From the NCBI GenBank assembly GCA_963842125.1, contig CAWJFE010000005.1, forward strand, positions 1,921,356-1,985,355: a stretch of 64,000 nt of DNA, written 5' to 3'. Below the pieces are notes generated by a model that searched no databases, had not been told where the DNA came from, and worked only from the letters and a program-made list of their open reading frames with translations. The position numbers and the translations under genes were made by a program. Of the stretch, positions 8,745-17,815 are shown piece after piece (position 1 is the first letter of the stretch; every line of letters begins with the position of its first letter). The DNA is from an uncultured Alphaproteobacteria bacterium (GTDB lineage: Bacteria; Pseudomonadota; Alphaproteobacteria; Rhizobiales; CAWCWK01).

Positions 8745-9886
8745 CGCTCTCCCGTGACACGGCGTCGAATGACGTTGTTGAAGAGGACGGCGGCCAGCAG
8801 CATGCCGCCGAGGAAGACGAGGTACCAGTCCTGATCGATCGTCGTATAGGCGAGGCCGATGAGGACCATGCCGAAGATGACCGCGCCGATGGCCGCGCCG
8901 ATCACCGAGCCGTAGCCGCCGGTCAGGAGGCAGCCGCCGATGACGGCCGCGATGATCGCCTCGAACTCCTTCTGGAAACCACGACGGGCGTCGGTCGAGC
9001 CGGCGTCAAGCACGGTCAAGATGGCGACCAGCGTCGCGCAGAGGGCAGTGACGATAAAGAGCGTCAGCTTGACCCGGCGAACGGGCACGCCGGAGTTCCG
9101 CGCCGCGTTGGAATCGCCGCCGACGGCGAAGATCCAGTTGCCGAAGCGGGTCTTGTTGAGGACGTAGGCGCCGACGAGGGCGATGACGACGAACCAGACG
9201 ATCTCGACCGGCATGCCGGTCACTTTGGGCGTCCCGTTGCCGAACGTGTCGGTCAGCCCGGCATTGGCCGCCCAGAGGAAGAGCCCCTCGAAGACCTCGC
9301 CGGAGAAGACTTCGTAGAAGAAGGCATCGGTCGGGGAATCGGCGGCGGCCTCACGCACGCCGCGCAGCTGCGTCGCGCCGCCCGTTGCCCATTTCAGGCC
9401 GACCAACGCCGCGCCGCGAAGGATGAAGAGGAAGGCGAGCGTGACGATGAAGGAGGGTAGCCCGGTCCGCAGGACGATCTGCCCATTCACCAACCCGACG
9501 CCGACCGCGACGATGAGGGCGAAGAGGATCGCGATGATGAGGGGAAACTGCATCACCGTCAGCGCCGCCGCGAAGGCGAAGCCGGCGAAAGCGACCATCG
9601 ATCCGACCGAAAGGTCGAATTCGCCGGCCACCATGAGGAGTGCCGCGCCGACGGCGAGAATGCCGAGCTGAGCGGCCGGTGCCATGAAGTTCATGACGCC
9701 CGACAGCGTGAACATCGTGTTGCTGGCCGCGATGAGGAAGAAGATCGTGACGACGACGAGGCCGGCGATCGCGCCGAGTTCCGGGCGTCGTAGCAGCTTC
9801 GTCACGAAGCTCGCCTCCCGGATACGCTCGTCCTGTCTGGCCGCGCCTTTCGCGGTCGTCGTCGGCGCTCCTTCTACGGTCGCCAT
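8741..9886 (-). CDS. Sugar ABC transporter permease (RbsC/AraH-like)
   Basis: 381-aa hydrophobic ORF with about 10 predicted helices and the pattern GEFDLSVGS...[10 protein letters not shown] typical of monosaccharide ABC permeases. Confidence 0.85.
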   Translation of the reverse strand: MATVEGAPTTTAKGAARQDERIREASFVTKLLRRPELGAIAGLVVVTIFFLIAASNTMFTLSGVMNFMAPAAQLGILAVGAALLMVAGEFDLSVGSMVAFAGFAFAAALTVMQFPLIIAILFALIVAVGVGLVNGQIVLRTGLPSFIVTLAFLFILRGAALVGLKWATGGATQLRGVREAAADSPTDAFFYEVFSGEVFEGLFLWAANAGLTDTFGNGTPKVTGMPVEIVWFVVIALVGAYVLNKTRFGNWIFAVGGDSNAARNSGVPVRRVKLTLFIVTALCATLVAILTVLDAGSTDARRGFQKEFEAIIAAVIGGCLLTGGYGSVIGAAIGAVIFGMVLIGLAYTTIDQDWYLVFLGGMLLAAVLFNNVIRRRVTGER

Positions 9887-9925
9887 CGCACCAACCTCGT
9901 CTTTGGAATGTGACTGCGGATAAGG

Positions 9926-9950
9926 GCCGCCCGGCGCGAGGTCGGGCGGC
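9926..9950 (-). terminator. GC-rich hairpin between the binding-protein and permease genes
   Basis: GCCGCCCG (9926-9933) pairs with CGGGCGGC (9943-9950) across a 9-nt loop. It lies just downstream, on the minus strand, of the SBP stop at 9995. Confidence 0.4.
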
Positions 9951-9994
9951 TGAAGATCGGGCAGGCGGCCTCGCCGCCCGCCCCGGCCATTCGG

Positions 9995-10930
9995 CTAGCG
10001 AATGCCCTGCGCGGAGAGGTCGACCACCTGCGCGGCCTTGTCGGCCGTGATGAGGTTCGGGCCCGACGGCACGTTGCCACCGGGCATCAGACCGTAGCTC
10101 TTCTGAAGTGCGAGGAAGGCGACCGGTAGGTAGCCCTGCAGGTACTGCTGCTGGTCGATCGCGAAGGCGGCCTCGCCATCGGCGACGGACTGGAGGAATC
10201 CGGCCGACATGTCGAAGGTCGCGACGTTGATGTCACGGCCCGAGGTCGCGGCGGCACGCAAGGCCGGCTCGCCGGCGAGCGAGGCCCCCAGCGCCATGAC
10301 GGTATCGACGTCCGGGTCGCTGTCTAGCGCGGCGGAGACCTTGGCCTCGATCTCGGTCGGATCGTTGGTCGTCGGCAGCACGGTCACTTCGCCGCCGAAA
10401 CCTTCCTCGAAGCCCTCGCAGCGCAGGTCGAGCGATACGTTTCCGACTTCGTGGTTGATGCAGATGCCCTTGGTGCCGCCCATGGCTGCGAGCTCTTCGC
10501 CGGCGGCGACGCCCGCGTCACGCTCTTCCTGGCCAACGTGCAGCAGCGCGCCGAGGCCCTTGGAGACGTCGGAGCCGGAGTTCATCGAGATGACCGAGAT
10601 GCCGGCGGCGACGGCCTTCTCGATGGACGGGCCGAGCGCGTCCGCATCCGGGATCGAGACGACGATGCCATCCGGCTCCTGGTTCACGGCGGCGTCGATG
10701 AGCTGGCTCATCGCCGTCATGTCGAAGGTCTCGGGGGCGCGGTACTCGACATTGGCACCGAAGTCCTCGGCGGCCTGGCTGACGCCGTTCTTGACGACCG
10801 ACCAGAACGGGTCCGACGCCTGGCCGTGGCTGACCACGATGATCGTGGCGGCATCCTGCGAGAGGGCCGGCGCGGCGGCGCCGAAGGTCAATACGGTCGT
10901 GGCGGCGAGCGCCATCATCATCTTCTTCAT
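9995..10930 (-). CDS. Periplasmic sugar-binding protein (PBP1/RbsB-like), probable inositol/sugar SBP
   Basis: I trimmed the start to ATG 10930..10928 (MKKMMMALAATTVLTFGAAAPALSQDA...), with GGAGGA upstream, giving 311 aa. It has a signal peptide followed by IIVVSHGQASDPFWSVVKNG, typical of the family. A candidate IolR box lies about 95 nt upstream. Confidence 0.85.
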   Translation of the reverse strand: MKKMMMALAATTVLTFGAAAPALSQDAATIIVVSHGQASDPFWSVVKNGVSQAAEDFGANVEYRAPETFDMTAMSQLIDAAVNQEPDGIVVSIPDADALGPSIEKAVAAGISVISMNSGSDVSKGLGALLHVGQEERDAGVAAGEELAAMGGTKGICINHEVGNVSLDLRCEGFEEGFGGEVTVLPTTNDPTEIEAKVSAALDSDPDVDTVMALGASLAGEPALRAAATSGRDINVATFDMSAGFLQSVADGEAAFAIDQQQYLQGYLPVAFLALQKSYGLMPGGNVPSGPNLITADKAAQVVDLSAQGIR

Positions 10931-11021
10931 GGCATTTCCTCCATTCGGTTCCCCAGATTGCAGACGGCTCTTCGGCCAGCGGGGATACACAGGGCGACGC
11001 CGCTTAGCGCGGCGCTCGAGA

Positions 11022-11035
11022 AGAATATTCATTCC
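11022..11035 (-). promoter_or_regulatory. Candidate IolR operator (GGAA-N6-TTCT) upstream of the ABC importer operon
   Basis: The minus strand reads TGGAATGAATATTCT. The 14-mer TGGAATGAATATTC is identical to the one at 11997..12010. The site overlaps the iolR stop codon. Confidence 0.55.
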
Positions 11036-11931
11036 ACGGGCGCGAATTGCAAGCGCTTTCTCTCCCTTGCGGAACCGACGGCGACGCTGAGCGTCAGGGC
11101 CAGCGTCTGTGCCGCCGCCAATGTGCGGAAGGCTCCGACGTCGATATCCACGACCCGCAGCACGATATCGGCGCCGCCAAGCGGCCCCCGCTCGTCATCC
11201 GTGATCGCGACGATGGCGAGCCCCCGTTCGCGCGCCGCATCGCTGAGGGCGACGATCTCCGGCATGTAGGGGGCGAACGAGACCGCGATCAGCGCATCGC
11301 CGGGTGCGAGGACGGAGAGGTTGGTGATGAGGGCGACATTGGCGTGGAGGACGCTCGGAATGTCCATCTTCTCGAACGTGTAGGCGAGGTTCGCCGCGAC
11401 GGCGTGAGCTCGGCGATAGCCGGCGATGTGGACTGTGCGGGCCTCGGTAAGGATGTCGACCGCGCCCGCCAGGGCCTCGGCGTCGAGCGAGCGCGCGAGA
11501 TTGGCGATCGAATCGCGCCCGGCTTCGGCGAAAGCACCGAGAAGGCTCGCGGCGTCACCTCCGCCCGTGGCCCGCAGTTCGGCGAGGCGATCGGCGTAGT
11601 CCGGCCAGTCTTGCGCGTAGTCCTCGCGAAGCACGCGCTGCATCGAGGAGAAGCCGGGATAGCCGAGTTCCCGGCAGAAACGAATGACGGCCGAGGGCTG
11701 GACGCCGGCCTCGGCCGCAAAGACCGCGACAGTCGAGACGGCGACCTTGCGCGGAGCGACGAGGACGAGATCGGCGCATTGGCGCAGCCGGGTCGGCAGC
11801 CCCGGATAGCGCGCGCGCACGCGCTCCATCAGCGCGGGCACGCTCGTCGGCGCCTCGCCCACCGGGCGTGGTCTGGCTGCCGCCATCGCGCCGTGGGCCG
11901 CTCGCTGCGCCTTGTCGGATGAGCGCGTCAT
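11029..11931 (-). CDS. iolR: RpiR/MurR-family transcriptional regulator (HTH + SIS), probable inositol repressor
   Basis: I trimmed the start to ATG 11931..11929 (MTRSSDKAQRAAHG...), with GGGGGGAGGA upstream, giving 300 aa. STVAVFAAEAGVQPSAVIRFCRELGYPGF is the RpiR HTH. The SIS part is RTVHIAGYRRAHAVAANL...GDALIAVSFAPY. It is divergent from iolG. Confidence 0.75.
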   Translation of the reverse strand: MTRSSDKAQRAAHGAMAAARPRPVGEAPTSVPALMERVRARYPGLPTRLRQCADLVLVAPRKVAVSTVAVFAAEAGVQPSAVIRFCRELGYPGFSSMQRVLREDYAQDWPDYADRLAELRATGGGDAASLLGAFAEAGRDSIANLARSLDAEALAGAVDILTEARTVHIAGYRRAHAVAANLAYTFEKMDIPSVLHANVALITNLSVLAPGDALIAVSFAPYMPEIVALSDAARERGLAIVAITDDERGPLGGADIVLRVVDIDVGAFRTLAAAQTLALTLSVAVGSARERKRLQFAPVE

Positions 11932-11997
11932 CGTCCTCCCCCCGCACTGTCTCGTCGCTCGACGCCCGCGAGCCTTGACAGTAAGCCCGCTATAGTT

Positions 11998-12011
11998 GGA
12001 ATGAATATTCC
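11998..12011 (+). promoter_or_regulatory. Candidate IolR operator (GGAA-N6-TTCC) in the iolR/iolG divergent region
   Basis: The sequence is GGAATGAATATTCC, a perfect GGAA-N6-TTCC palindrome 66 nt upstream of the iolG ATG. It matches the operator motif I recall being reported for the RpiR-type IolR of Sinorhizobium meliloti. Confidence 0.6.
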
Positions 12012-12076
12012 ACGCCGACAAGGTCGTTTCGCGATCGAAGTCCGTGCGGCTTCGGGATGGATGAGGACGAATGTCG

Positions 12077-13114
12077 ATGGCGAATGCGGATCGATCGGTG
12101 CGTCTCGGGCTCCTCGGCGCAGGGCGGATCGGACAAGTACACGGCGCGGCCATCGCGAAGGTCGCCGGGGCGCGGCTGGTCGCGGTGTCGGACGCGGTGG
12201 ACGAGGCTGCGCGAGCGCTGGCGAACACCCACACTGCCGAGGCGCGCACGGAGGTTCGCTCCAGCGACGCCATCGTCCAGGCCGACGATATCGATGCCGT
12301 TCTCGTCTGCACGCCGACCGACACGCATGCCGACCTCATCGAAGCGCTCTCCCGCGCCGGCAAGGCGATCTTCTGCGAGAAGCCGATCGCGCTCGACCTG
12401 CCGCGCACACGCGCCTGCCTAGCTGTAGTAGAGGACACAGGCGCACGCCTGATGCTGGGCTTCAACCGGCGCTTCGACACGCAGTTCCGCGCGCTGCGCG
12501 ACGCCATAGTGGAGGGCCGGGTAGGCACGCCCGAGCTCGTCCAGATCACCAGCCGCGACCCCGGTCCGCCGCCCATCGACTACGTCCGGCGCTCGGGCGG
12601 GCTCTTCAAGGACATGATGATCCATGACTTCGACATAGCCCGCTGGCTGCTGGGCGAGGAGCCGAAGACGGTGTCGGCCCATGGCAGCGTGCTGGTCGAT
12701 CCCGCCATAGGGGAGGCCGGGGACGTCGATACGGCCTCCGTCGTTCTGGAGACGCTGAGCGGGCGCCAAGCCGTCATCACCAACTCGCGCCGCGCCGCCT
12801 ATGGATACGACCAACGCGTCGAGGTGCACGGCTCCAAGGGCTGCGCCAGCCTCGCCAATCAGCGCCCGAGCGACATCACGGTCGCGGGGTCGGAGGGCTA
12901 TTTGCGTCCGCCGCTCCACGACTTCTTCATGACCCGCTATGCGGGTGCCTACGAGGCCGAGATCGCGGCCTTCGTCGAGGTCGTTGCGTCGGGCAAGGCG
13001 CCGGATCCGAGCGGCGCAGATGGTCTCGCCGCCCTCACCCTCGCGGAGGCCGCGCTTCTGTCCATTCGCGAGGGGCGGCGCGTCAACGTCGCGGACATTC
13101 AGGCCGCGCACTGA
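12077..13114 (+). CDS. iolG: myo-Inositol 2-dehydrogenase
   Basis: Gfo/Idh/MocA fold with VRLGLLGAGRIGQVHG, IFCEKPIAL and the GFNRRFD block typical of IdhA/IolG. I prefer ATG 12077 (GAGGA 8 nt upstream) over the track start at 12071. The stop overlaps the iolC ATG (TGATG). Confidence 0.85.
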   Translation: MANADRSVRLGLLGAGRIGQVHGAAIAKVAGARLVAVSDAVDEAARALANTHTAEARTEVRSSDAIVQADDIDAVLVCTPTDTHADLIEALSRAGKAIFCEKPIALDLPRTRACLAVVEDTGARLMLGFNRRFDTQFRALRDAIVEGRVGTPELVQITSRDPGPPPIDYVRRSGGLFKDMMIHDFDIARWLLGEEPKTVSAHGSVLVDPAIGEAGDVDTASVVLETLSGRQAVITNSRRAAYGYDQRVEVHGSKGCASLANQRPSDITVAGSEGYLRPPLHDFFMTRYAGAYEAEIAAFVEVVASGKAPDPSGADGLAALTLAEAALLSIREGRRVNVADIQAAH

Positions 13115-15034
13115 TGGACAAGGTGCTCGACGTCCTCACCATCGGCCGCTCCTCGGTCGATCTCTACGGCCAGCAGGTTGGCGGGCGGCTTGAGGACATG
13201 CGCTCGTTCGCGAAATATGTCGGGGGCTCGCCCACCAATATCGCCATCGGCGCGGCGCGGCTCGGCCTGAAGGCAGGGCTGATCACCCGCGTGGGCGACG
13301 AGCATATGGGGCGCTTCATCCGCGAGCAGTTGATGGCCGAGGGCGTCGATGTGAGCGGCGTCGCGACCGATCCCGAGCGACTGACGGCGCTCGTTCTCCT
13401 CGGCATTCGCGACGAGGACACCTTCCCGCTCATCTTCTACCGCGAGAACTGCGCCGACATGGCGCTCGGGACCGACGATATCGATGCGGACCTCATCGGC
13501 ACGCGCGCGCCTGCGTGACTGCGACGGGCACGCATTTGTCCATCCCGCGACCGAGGCCGCCGTCCTCAAGGCGCTCCGCTCGCGCGCGAGACCGGCGCCC
13601 GAACCGCGCTCGATATCGATTACCGCCCGAATCTCTGGGGCCTCGCCGGCCATGGCGAGGGCGAGGCCGCTTCGTCGCGAGCGACGCAAGGTCAGCGCCA
13701 AGCTGCAGTCGACCCTGCACTGTTCGATCTCATCGTCGGGACCGAGGAAGAATTTCACATCGCCGGCGGCACACCGATACATCGCCGGCCCTGCGCCGGG
13801 TGCGCGAGGTCACGCCGGCTACGCTCGTCTGCAAACGCGGCCCGATGGGCGCGGCGGCGTTTGAGGGCGCGATCCCGACACGCTGGATGAAGGCCGCTCG
13901 GGACCGGGCTTTCCGATCGAGGTCTTCAACGTGCTGGGCGCGGGCGACGGCTTCATGGCCGGACTGCTGCGCGGTTGGCTGCCGGTGAGGACTGGGAGAC
14001 GAGCCTCGACCTACGCCAATGCCTGCGGCGCCTTCGCCGTCTCCCGGCATGGCTGCGCGCCGGCCTATCCATCCTGGGAAGAACTCTCGACCTACCTGCG
14101 CGACGGCTCGTCTGAGCGGGCGCTTCGGAAAGACGCCGCGCTAGAACATCTCCACCATGCGACCAACCGGCACCGTGAGCATCCCGAACTCGTAGCCTTC
14201 GCTTTCGACCACCGTGCGCAGTTGGAAGCGCTGGCGGACGAGGTCGGCGCGGACGCCGCAAGCATCGCCGCCTTCAAGGACCTCTGCCTCGCCGCGACCC
14301 TGCGCGTAGCCGAAGCGCGCGGCGGACCGGACGGTTTCGGCATTCTCTGCGACGACCGGCTCGGCACACGCGCCCTCCACGCAGCCGCCGGCTCCGGCCT
14401 CTGGATCGGACGCCCCGTCGAGGCGCCGGGCACGCGTCCGCTGACGCTGGAGATCGGCCGCGACTATGGTAGCGCGCTGCGCGAATGGCCGGCCGAGCAC
14501 GTCGTGAAGGTGCTATGCGTCATTCACCCCGACGATGACGACGCGAGCTGGCACGCACAGACGGAGACGCTTCTGCGCCTCCAGGACGCCGCGCGAAGCA
14601 ACGCTCTCGACTGGCTGATGGAGCCGATCCCGTCCAAGGCCGGCCCCGTCGACGACACGACCGTCGCCCGCCTCATCCACCGCCTCTACGCCGAAGGCCT
14701 GCGTCCCGACTGGTGGAAGCTCGAAGCCCTCGCGACCGACACCGCGTGGGACGCAGTCTGCGCACGCATAGACGAGCATGATCCGCATTGCCGGGGCATC
14801 CTCGTTCTCGGCCTCGATACCGACGAGGATACGCTGCGCGGTGGCCTCGTCCGCGCGGCCCGCCACGAAGCGGTCAAGGGCTTCGCGATCGGCCGAACCA
14901 TTTTCGGTCCTGCCGCCCGCGCCTGGCTCTCGGGCTCGATGGACGACGAGGCCGCCATCGCCGACATGGCCACGCGCTACGATCGGCTGTGCGATATCTG
15001 GAACGACGCGAGACACGCGGGAGCATCGACATGA
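13114..15034 (+). pseudogene. iolC: Long-form 5-dehydro-2-deoxygluconokinase (PfkB domain + DUF2090-like C-terminal domain), interrupted by about 10 frameshifts between 13.50 and 14.02 kb
   Basis: The N-terminus (13114..13518, MDKVLDVLTIGRSSVDLYGQQVGGRLEDMRSFAKYVGGSPTNIAIG...) and the C-terminus (13931..15034, ...VLGAGDGFMAGLL...) are in different frames. The conserved middle can only be read by hopping frames: VTATGTHLS (f3), HPATEAAVLKALRS (f2), ETGARTALDIDYRPNLWGLAGHGEGEA (f1), RFVASDA (f3), VSAKLQSTL (f2), PALFDLIVGTEEEFHIAGGT (f1), ALRRVREVTPATLVCKRGPMGAAAFEGAIP (f3), DTLDEGRSGPGFPIEVFNVLGAGDGF (f2). Confidence 0.8.
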
Positions 15035-16896
15035 ACGACACCGTCCGACTGACCGGTGCGCAGGCCCTGGTGCGCTATTGCGCGGCGCAGATGGTCGAAG
15101 TGGACGGGGAGCGCGTGCCTTTCCTCGCCGGCTGCTGGGCGATCTTCGGGCATGGCAACGTGGCGGGGCTCGGCGAGGCGCTCGAGGGCGCGCGGGACAA
15201 GCTGACCACATGGCGTGGCCACAACGAGCAGAGCATGGCGCACACCGCCATCGCCTACGCCAAAGCCATGCAGCGCCGCCGGGCGATGATGGTCACGACG
15301 TCTATCGGGCCGGGTGCGACCAATCTCGTCACCGCCGCCGCCCTCGCACATGTCAATCGATTGCCGGTCCTTCTCGTACCCGGAGACGTCTTCGCCAACC
15401 GCCGCCCCGATCCGGTGTTGCAACAGGTCGAGGATTTCGCCGACGGCACCATCTCGGCCAATGACTGCTTCCGCCCGGTCTCTCGCTATTTTGACCGGAT
15501 CGGGCGGCCCGAACAGCTGCTGACGGCCCTCCCCCGGGCCTTCGACGCGATGCTCGACCCCGCCGGTTGCGGCCCCGCCACCCTTGCCTTCTGCCAGGAC
15601 GCGCAGGCCGTGGCCTACGACTTTCCGTTGGCGTTCTTCGCCATTCGAGAGCGTCGTCAACGCCGGATCGAGCCGGACCGTGACGAGTTGGCAGCCGCCA
15701 TCTCCGCCCTGACAACGGCGAAGCGCCCCCTCGTGATCGCCGGTGGCGGCGTTCACTACGCGGGCGCCTGCGCGACGCTCAAGGACTTCGCGGAGACCTA
15801 CAATCTGCCGGTGGCCGAGACGCAGGCCGGCAAATCGGCGCTGCCGGGGGATCACCCGAACCTCGTCGGCCCCTTGGGCGTCACCGGCGGGACGGCGGCG
15901 AACACGCTGGCCGCAGAAGCCGACGTGATCCTCGCCGTCGGGACGCGGTTGCAGGATTTCAGCACCGGCTCCTGGGGTCTCTTCCAGAACCCGGCCCTGC
16001 ACATCATCGGCCTCAACGTACAGCCCTATGACGCGACGAAGCGCGGCGCCCTCCCCCTCGTCGCAGATGCCAAGCGCGGGTTGGAAGCGATCTGGCGCGA
16101 AAGCGGAGACTGGCGCGGGCCCGATTGGGACGTGACGCTCATGGATGACTGGCACACCTCGGTCGCCAACATCACCGCCGCGCCCGACCCCGATGCCAAT
16201 TCGCTCCCGACCGACATGGAGGTCGTCGGCGCCGTCCAGCGTAGCTCTGGACCGGAGACGATCGTGATGGGTGCAGCCGGGACGATGCCCGGAGAGTTGC
16301 ACAAGCTCTGGTCCTCCACCGCAGTCGGCGGCTACCACATGGAGTACGGGTTTTCCTGCATGGGCTACGAGATCGCCGGCGCGCTCGGCATCAAGATGGC
16401 ACGGCCCGACGCCGACGTGATCGCGATGGTCGGCGACGGGTCCTACCTGATGGCCAACTCCGAACTCGCCACCGCCGCCGCCCTGGGCGTCGCTTTCACC
16501 GTCGTTCTCACCGACAACCGGGGGTTCGGTTGCATCAACCGTCTCCAGAAGGCGACGGGCGGGGCGCCCTTCAACAATCTCTTCGAGGACACCGTCCGCG
16601 CGGCCGACATCCCCATCGACTTCGCCGCCCATGCCGCCGCACTGGGCGCCGACAGCCTTCACGTCTCATCGATCGACGCGCTGGAGGATGCGTTGAACGA
16701 GCCGGCCGGGACACGGCCCCGCGTGCTCGTCATCGACACCGACCCCGGCCCCTCGACGGAGGCCGGCGGCACGTGGTGGGAGGTCGCCGTCCCGGCCGTC
16801 TCGGACCGCTCCGAGGTATATGCCGCTCGCGAAGCCTATGAGGAGAACCGGCAGGCACAGCGCGCGACCTTCACAGGAGAGCGAAACGGTGGCTAA
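15031..16896 (+). CDS. iolD: 3D-(3,5/4)-trihydroxycyclohexane-1,2-dione acylhydrolase (ThDP enzyme)
   Basis: The start is ATG 15031 (MNDTVRLTGAQALVRYCAAQ...), which overlaps the iolC stop (ATGA), giving 621 aa. It has the ThDP-enzyme layout with GHGNVAGLGEAL, and a GDGSYLM...N ThDP-binding motif near the C-terminus. Confidence 0.85.
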   Translation: MNDTVRLTGAQALVRYCAAQMVEVDGERVPFLAGCWAIFGHGNVAGLGEALEGARDKLTTWRGHNEQSMAHTAIAYAKAMQRRRAMMVTTSIGPGATNLVTAAALAHVNRLPVLLVPGDVFANRRPDPVLQQVEDFADGTISANDCFRPVSRYFDRIGRPEQLLTALPRAFDAMLDPAGCGPATLAFCQDAQAVAYDFPLAFFAIRERRQRRIEPDRDELAAAISALTTAKRPLVIAGGGVHYAGACATLKDFAETYNLPVAETQAGKSALPGDHPNLVGPLGVTGGTAANTLAAEADVILAVGTRLQDFSTGSWGLFQNPALHIIGLNVQPYDATKRGALPLVADAKRGLEAIWRESGDWRGPDWDVTLMDDWHTSVANITAAPDPDANSLPTDMEVVGAVQRSSGPETIVMGAAGTMPGELHKLWSSTAVGGYHMEYGFSCMGYEIAGALGIKMARPDADVIAMVGDGSYLMANSELATAAALGVAFTVVLTDNRGFGCINRLQKATGGAPFNNLFEDTVRAADIPIDFAAHAAALGADSLHVSSIDALEDALNEPAGTRPRVLVIDTDPGPSTEAGGTWWEVAVPAVSDRSEVYAAREAYEENRQAQRATFTGERNGG

Positions 16897-17704
16897 CGAT
16901 CTCCTCATCCACCCGTGCGGCACGCACGGTCTCGTGCACGACATCACGGTCGACAATGCACGCACGCCGCTCTCGCCGGACTGGGCCTATGTCGGCTTCG
17001 CCGTTCATGCGCTGAAAGCCGGCGAGACGGTTTCCGCACCGACAGGTGATCGCGAGGTGCTCTTGGTCCTCGTCGAAGGTAAGGCGCGCCTTGCGAGCGG
17101 CGCGGAGGATTTCGGCGAACTCGGAGAGCGGATGAGCCCATGGGGGGGCAAGCCGCACAGCCTCTACGTCCCTAATGGCTCCGACTGGTCAGCCACCGCG
17201 ACGACCGACTGCACCCTCGCGGTCTGCTCCGCGCCCGGTCGGGGCGGGCACGGCGCGCGAGTGATCGGCCCCGGCGATGTGAAGCGCGTCTCCCGCGGCA
17301 CCGGTACCAACGAGCGGCACATCCACCCCATCGCGATGGAGGAATCGGATGTCGCCGACTCCCTCCTTGTCACCGAGGTCTTCACCCCGCCCGGCCACTG
17401 GTCGTCCTACCCACCGCATAGACACGACGAGAACGATTTCCCTCGCGTCACGTATCTCGAAGAAACCTACTACCATCGGCTCGACCCGCCGCAGGGCTAT
17501 GCTCACCAGCGCGTTTTCACCGAGGACGGATCGCTCGACGAAACGATGACGGTGCACGACGGCGACGTGACGCTCGTGCCGCGTGGCCATCACCCCTGCG
17601 CCGCGCCGCACGGCTATCGGCTCTATTATCTCAACGTGATGGCCGGCCCACGCCGCGCCTGGCGCTTCGTCAATCACCCGGACCACGCATGGCTGGCGGG
17701 GTAG
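16889..17704 (+). CDS. iolB: 5-Deoxy-glucuronate isomerase
   Basis: The start is GTG 16889 (MANDLLIHPCGTHGL...), with GGAGAG upstream, and overlaps the end of iolD by 8 nt, giving 271 aa. LLVTEVFTPPGHWSSYPPHRHD..TYLEETYYHRLDPPQGYAHQRVFTEDGSLDETMTV..GHHPCAAPHGYRLYYLNVMAGP closely parallels the Bacillus IolB core as I recall it. Confidence 0.9.
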   Translation: MANDLLIHPCGTHGLVHDITVDNARTPLSPDWAYVGFAVHALKAGETVSAPTGDREVLLVLVEGKARLASGAEDFGELGERMSPWGGKPHSLYVPNGSDWSATATTDCTLAVCSAPGRGGHGARVIGPGDVKRVSRGTGTNERHIHPIAMEESDVADSLLVTEVFTPPGHWSSYPPHRHDENDFPRVTYLEETYYHRLDPPQGYAHQRVFTEDGSLDETMTVHDGDVTLVPRGHHPCAAPHGYRLYYLNVMAGPRRAWRFVNHPDHAWLAG

Positions 17705-17815
17705 GGTCGCTGCCCACAGATTTTGCAGCGCTGCCTCCTGCCCGCCTTGACATCACCCAGCCCGCGTAGCTTCCCTTAAGGCCTGTCCGATCGGACCCCA
17801 TTCGGAGATTCGCCC

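Noticed and set aside
11975-11996. TTGACA (11975..11980) and TATAGT (11991..11996) as a sigma-70 promoter for iolG.
   Set aside because: The spacing between the hexamers is 10 nt rather than about 17, so they cannot form one promoter. No promoter is called.
11029-12576. 515-aa ORF suggesting a much longer RpiR regulator that overlaps iolG.
   Set aside because: The N-terminal 215 residues are low-complexity and antisense to iolG and the operator region. A strong RBS and ATG at 11931 give the normal 300-aa HTH+SIS protein.
13500-14015. Programmed ribosomal frameshifting or nested overlapping genes as an explanation for the iolC frame changes.
   Set aside because: Ten successive shifts with no slippery heptamers or downstream structures is not compatible with recoding. 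Indels, whether real or artefactual, are the only reasonable explanation.
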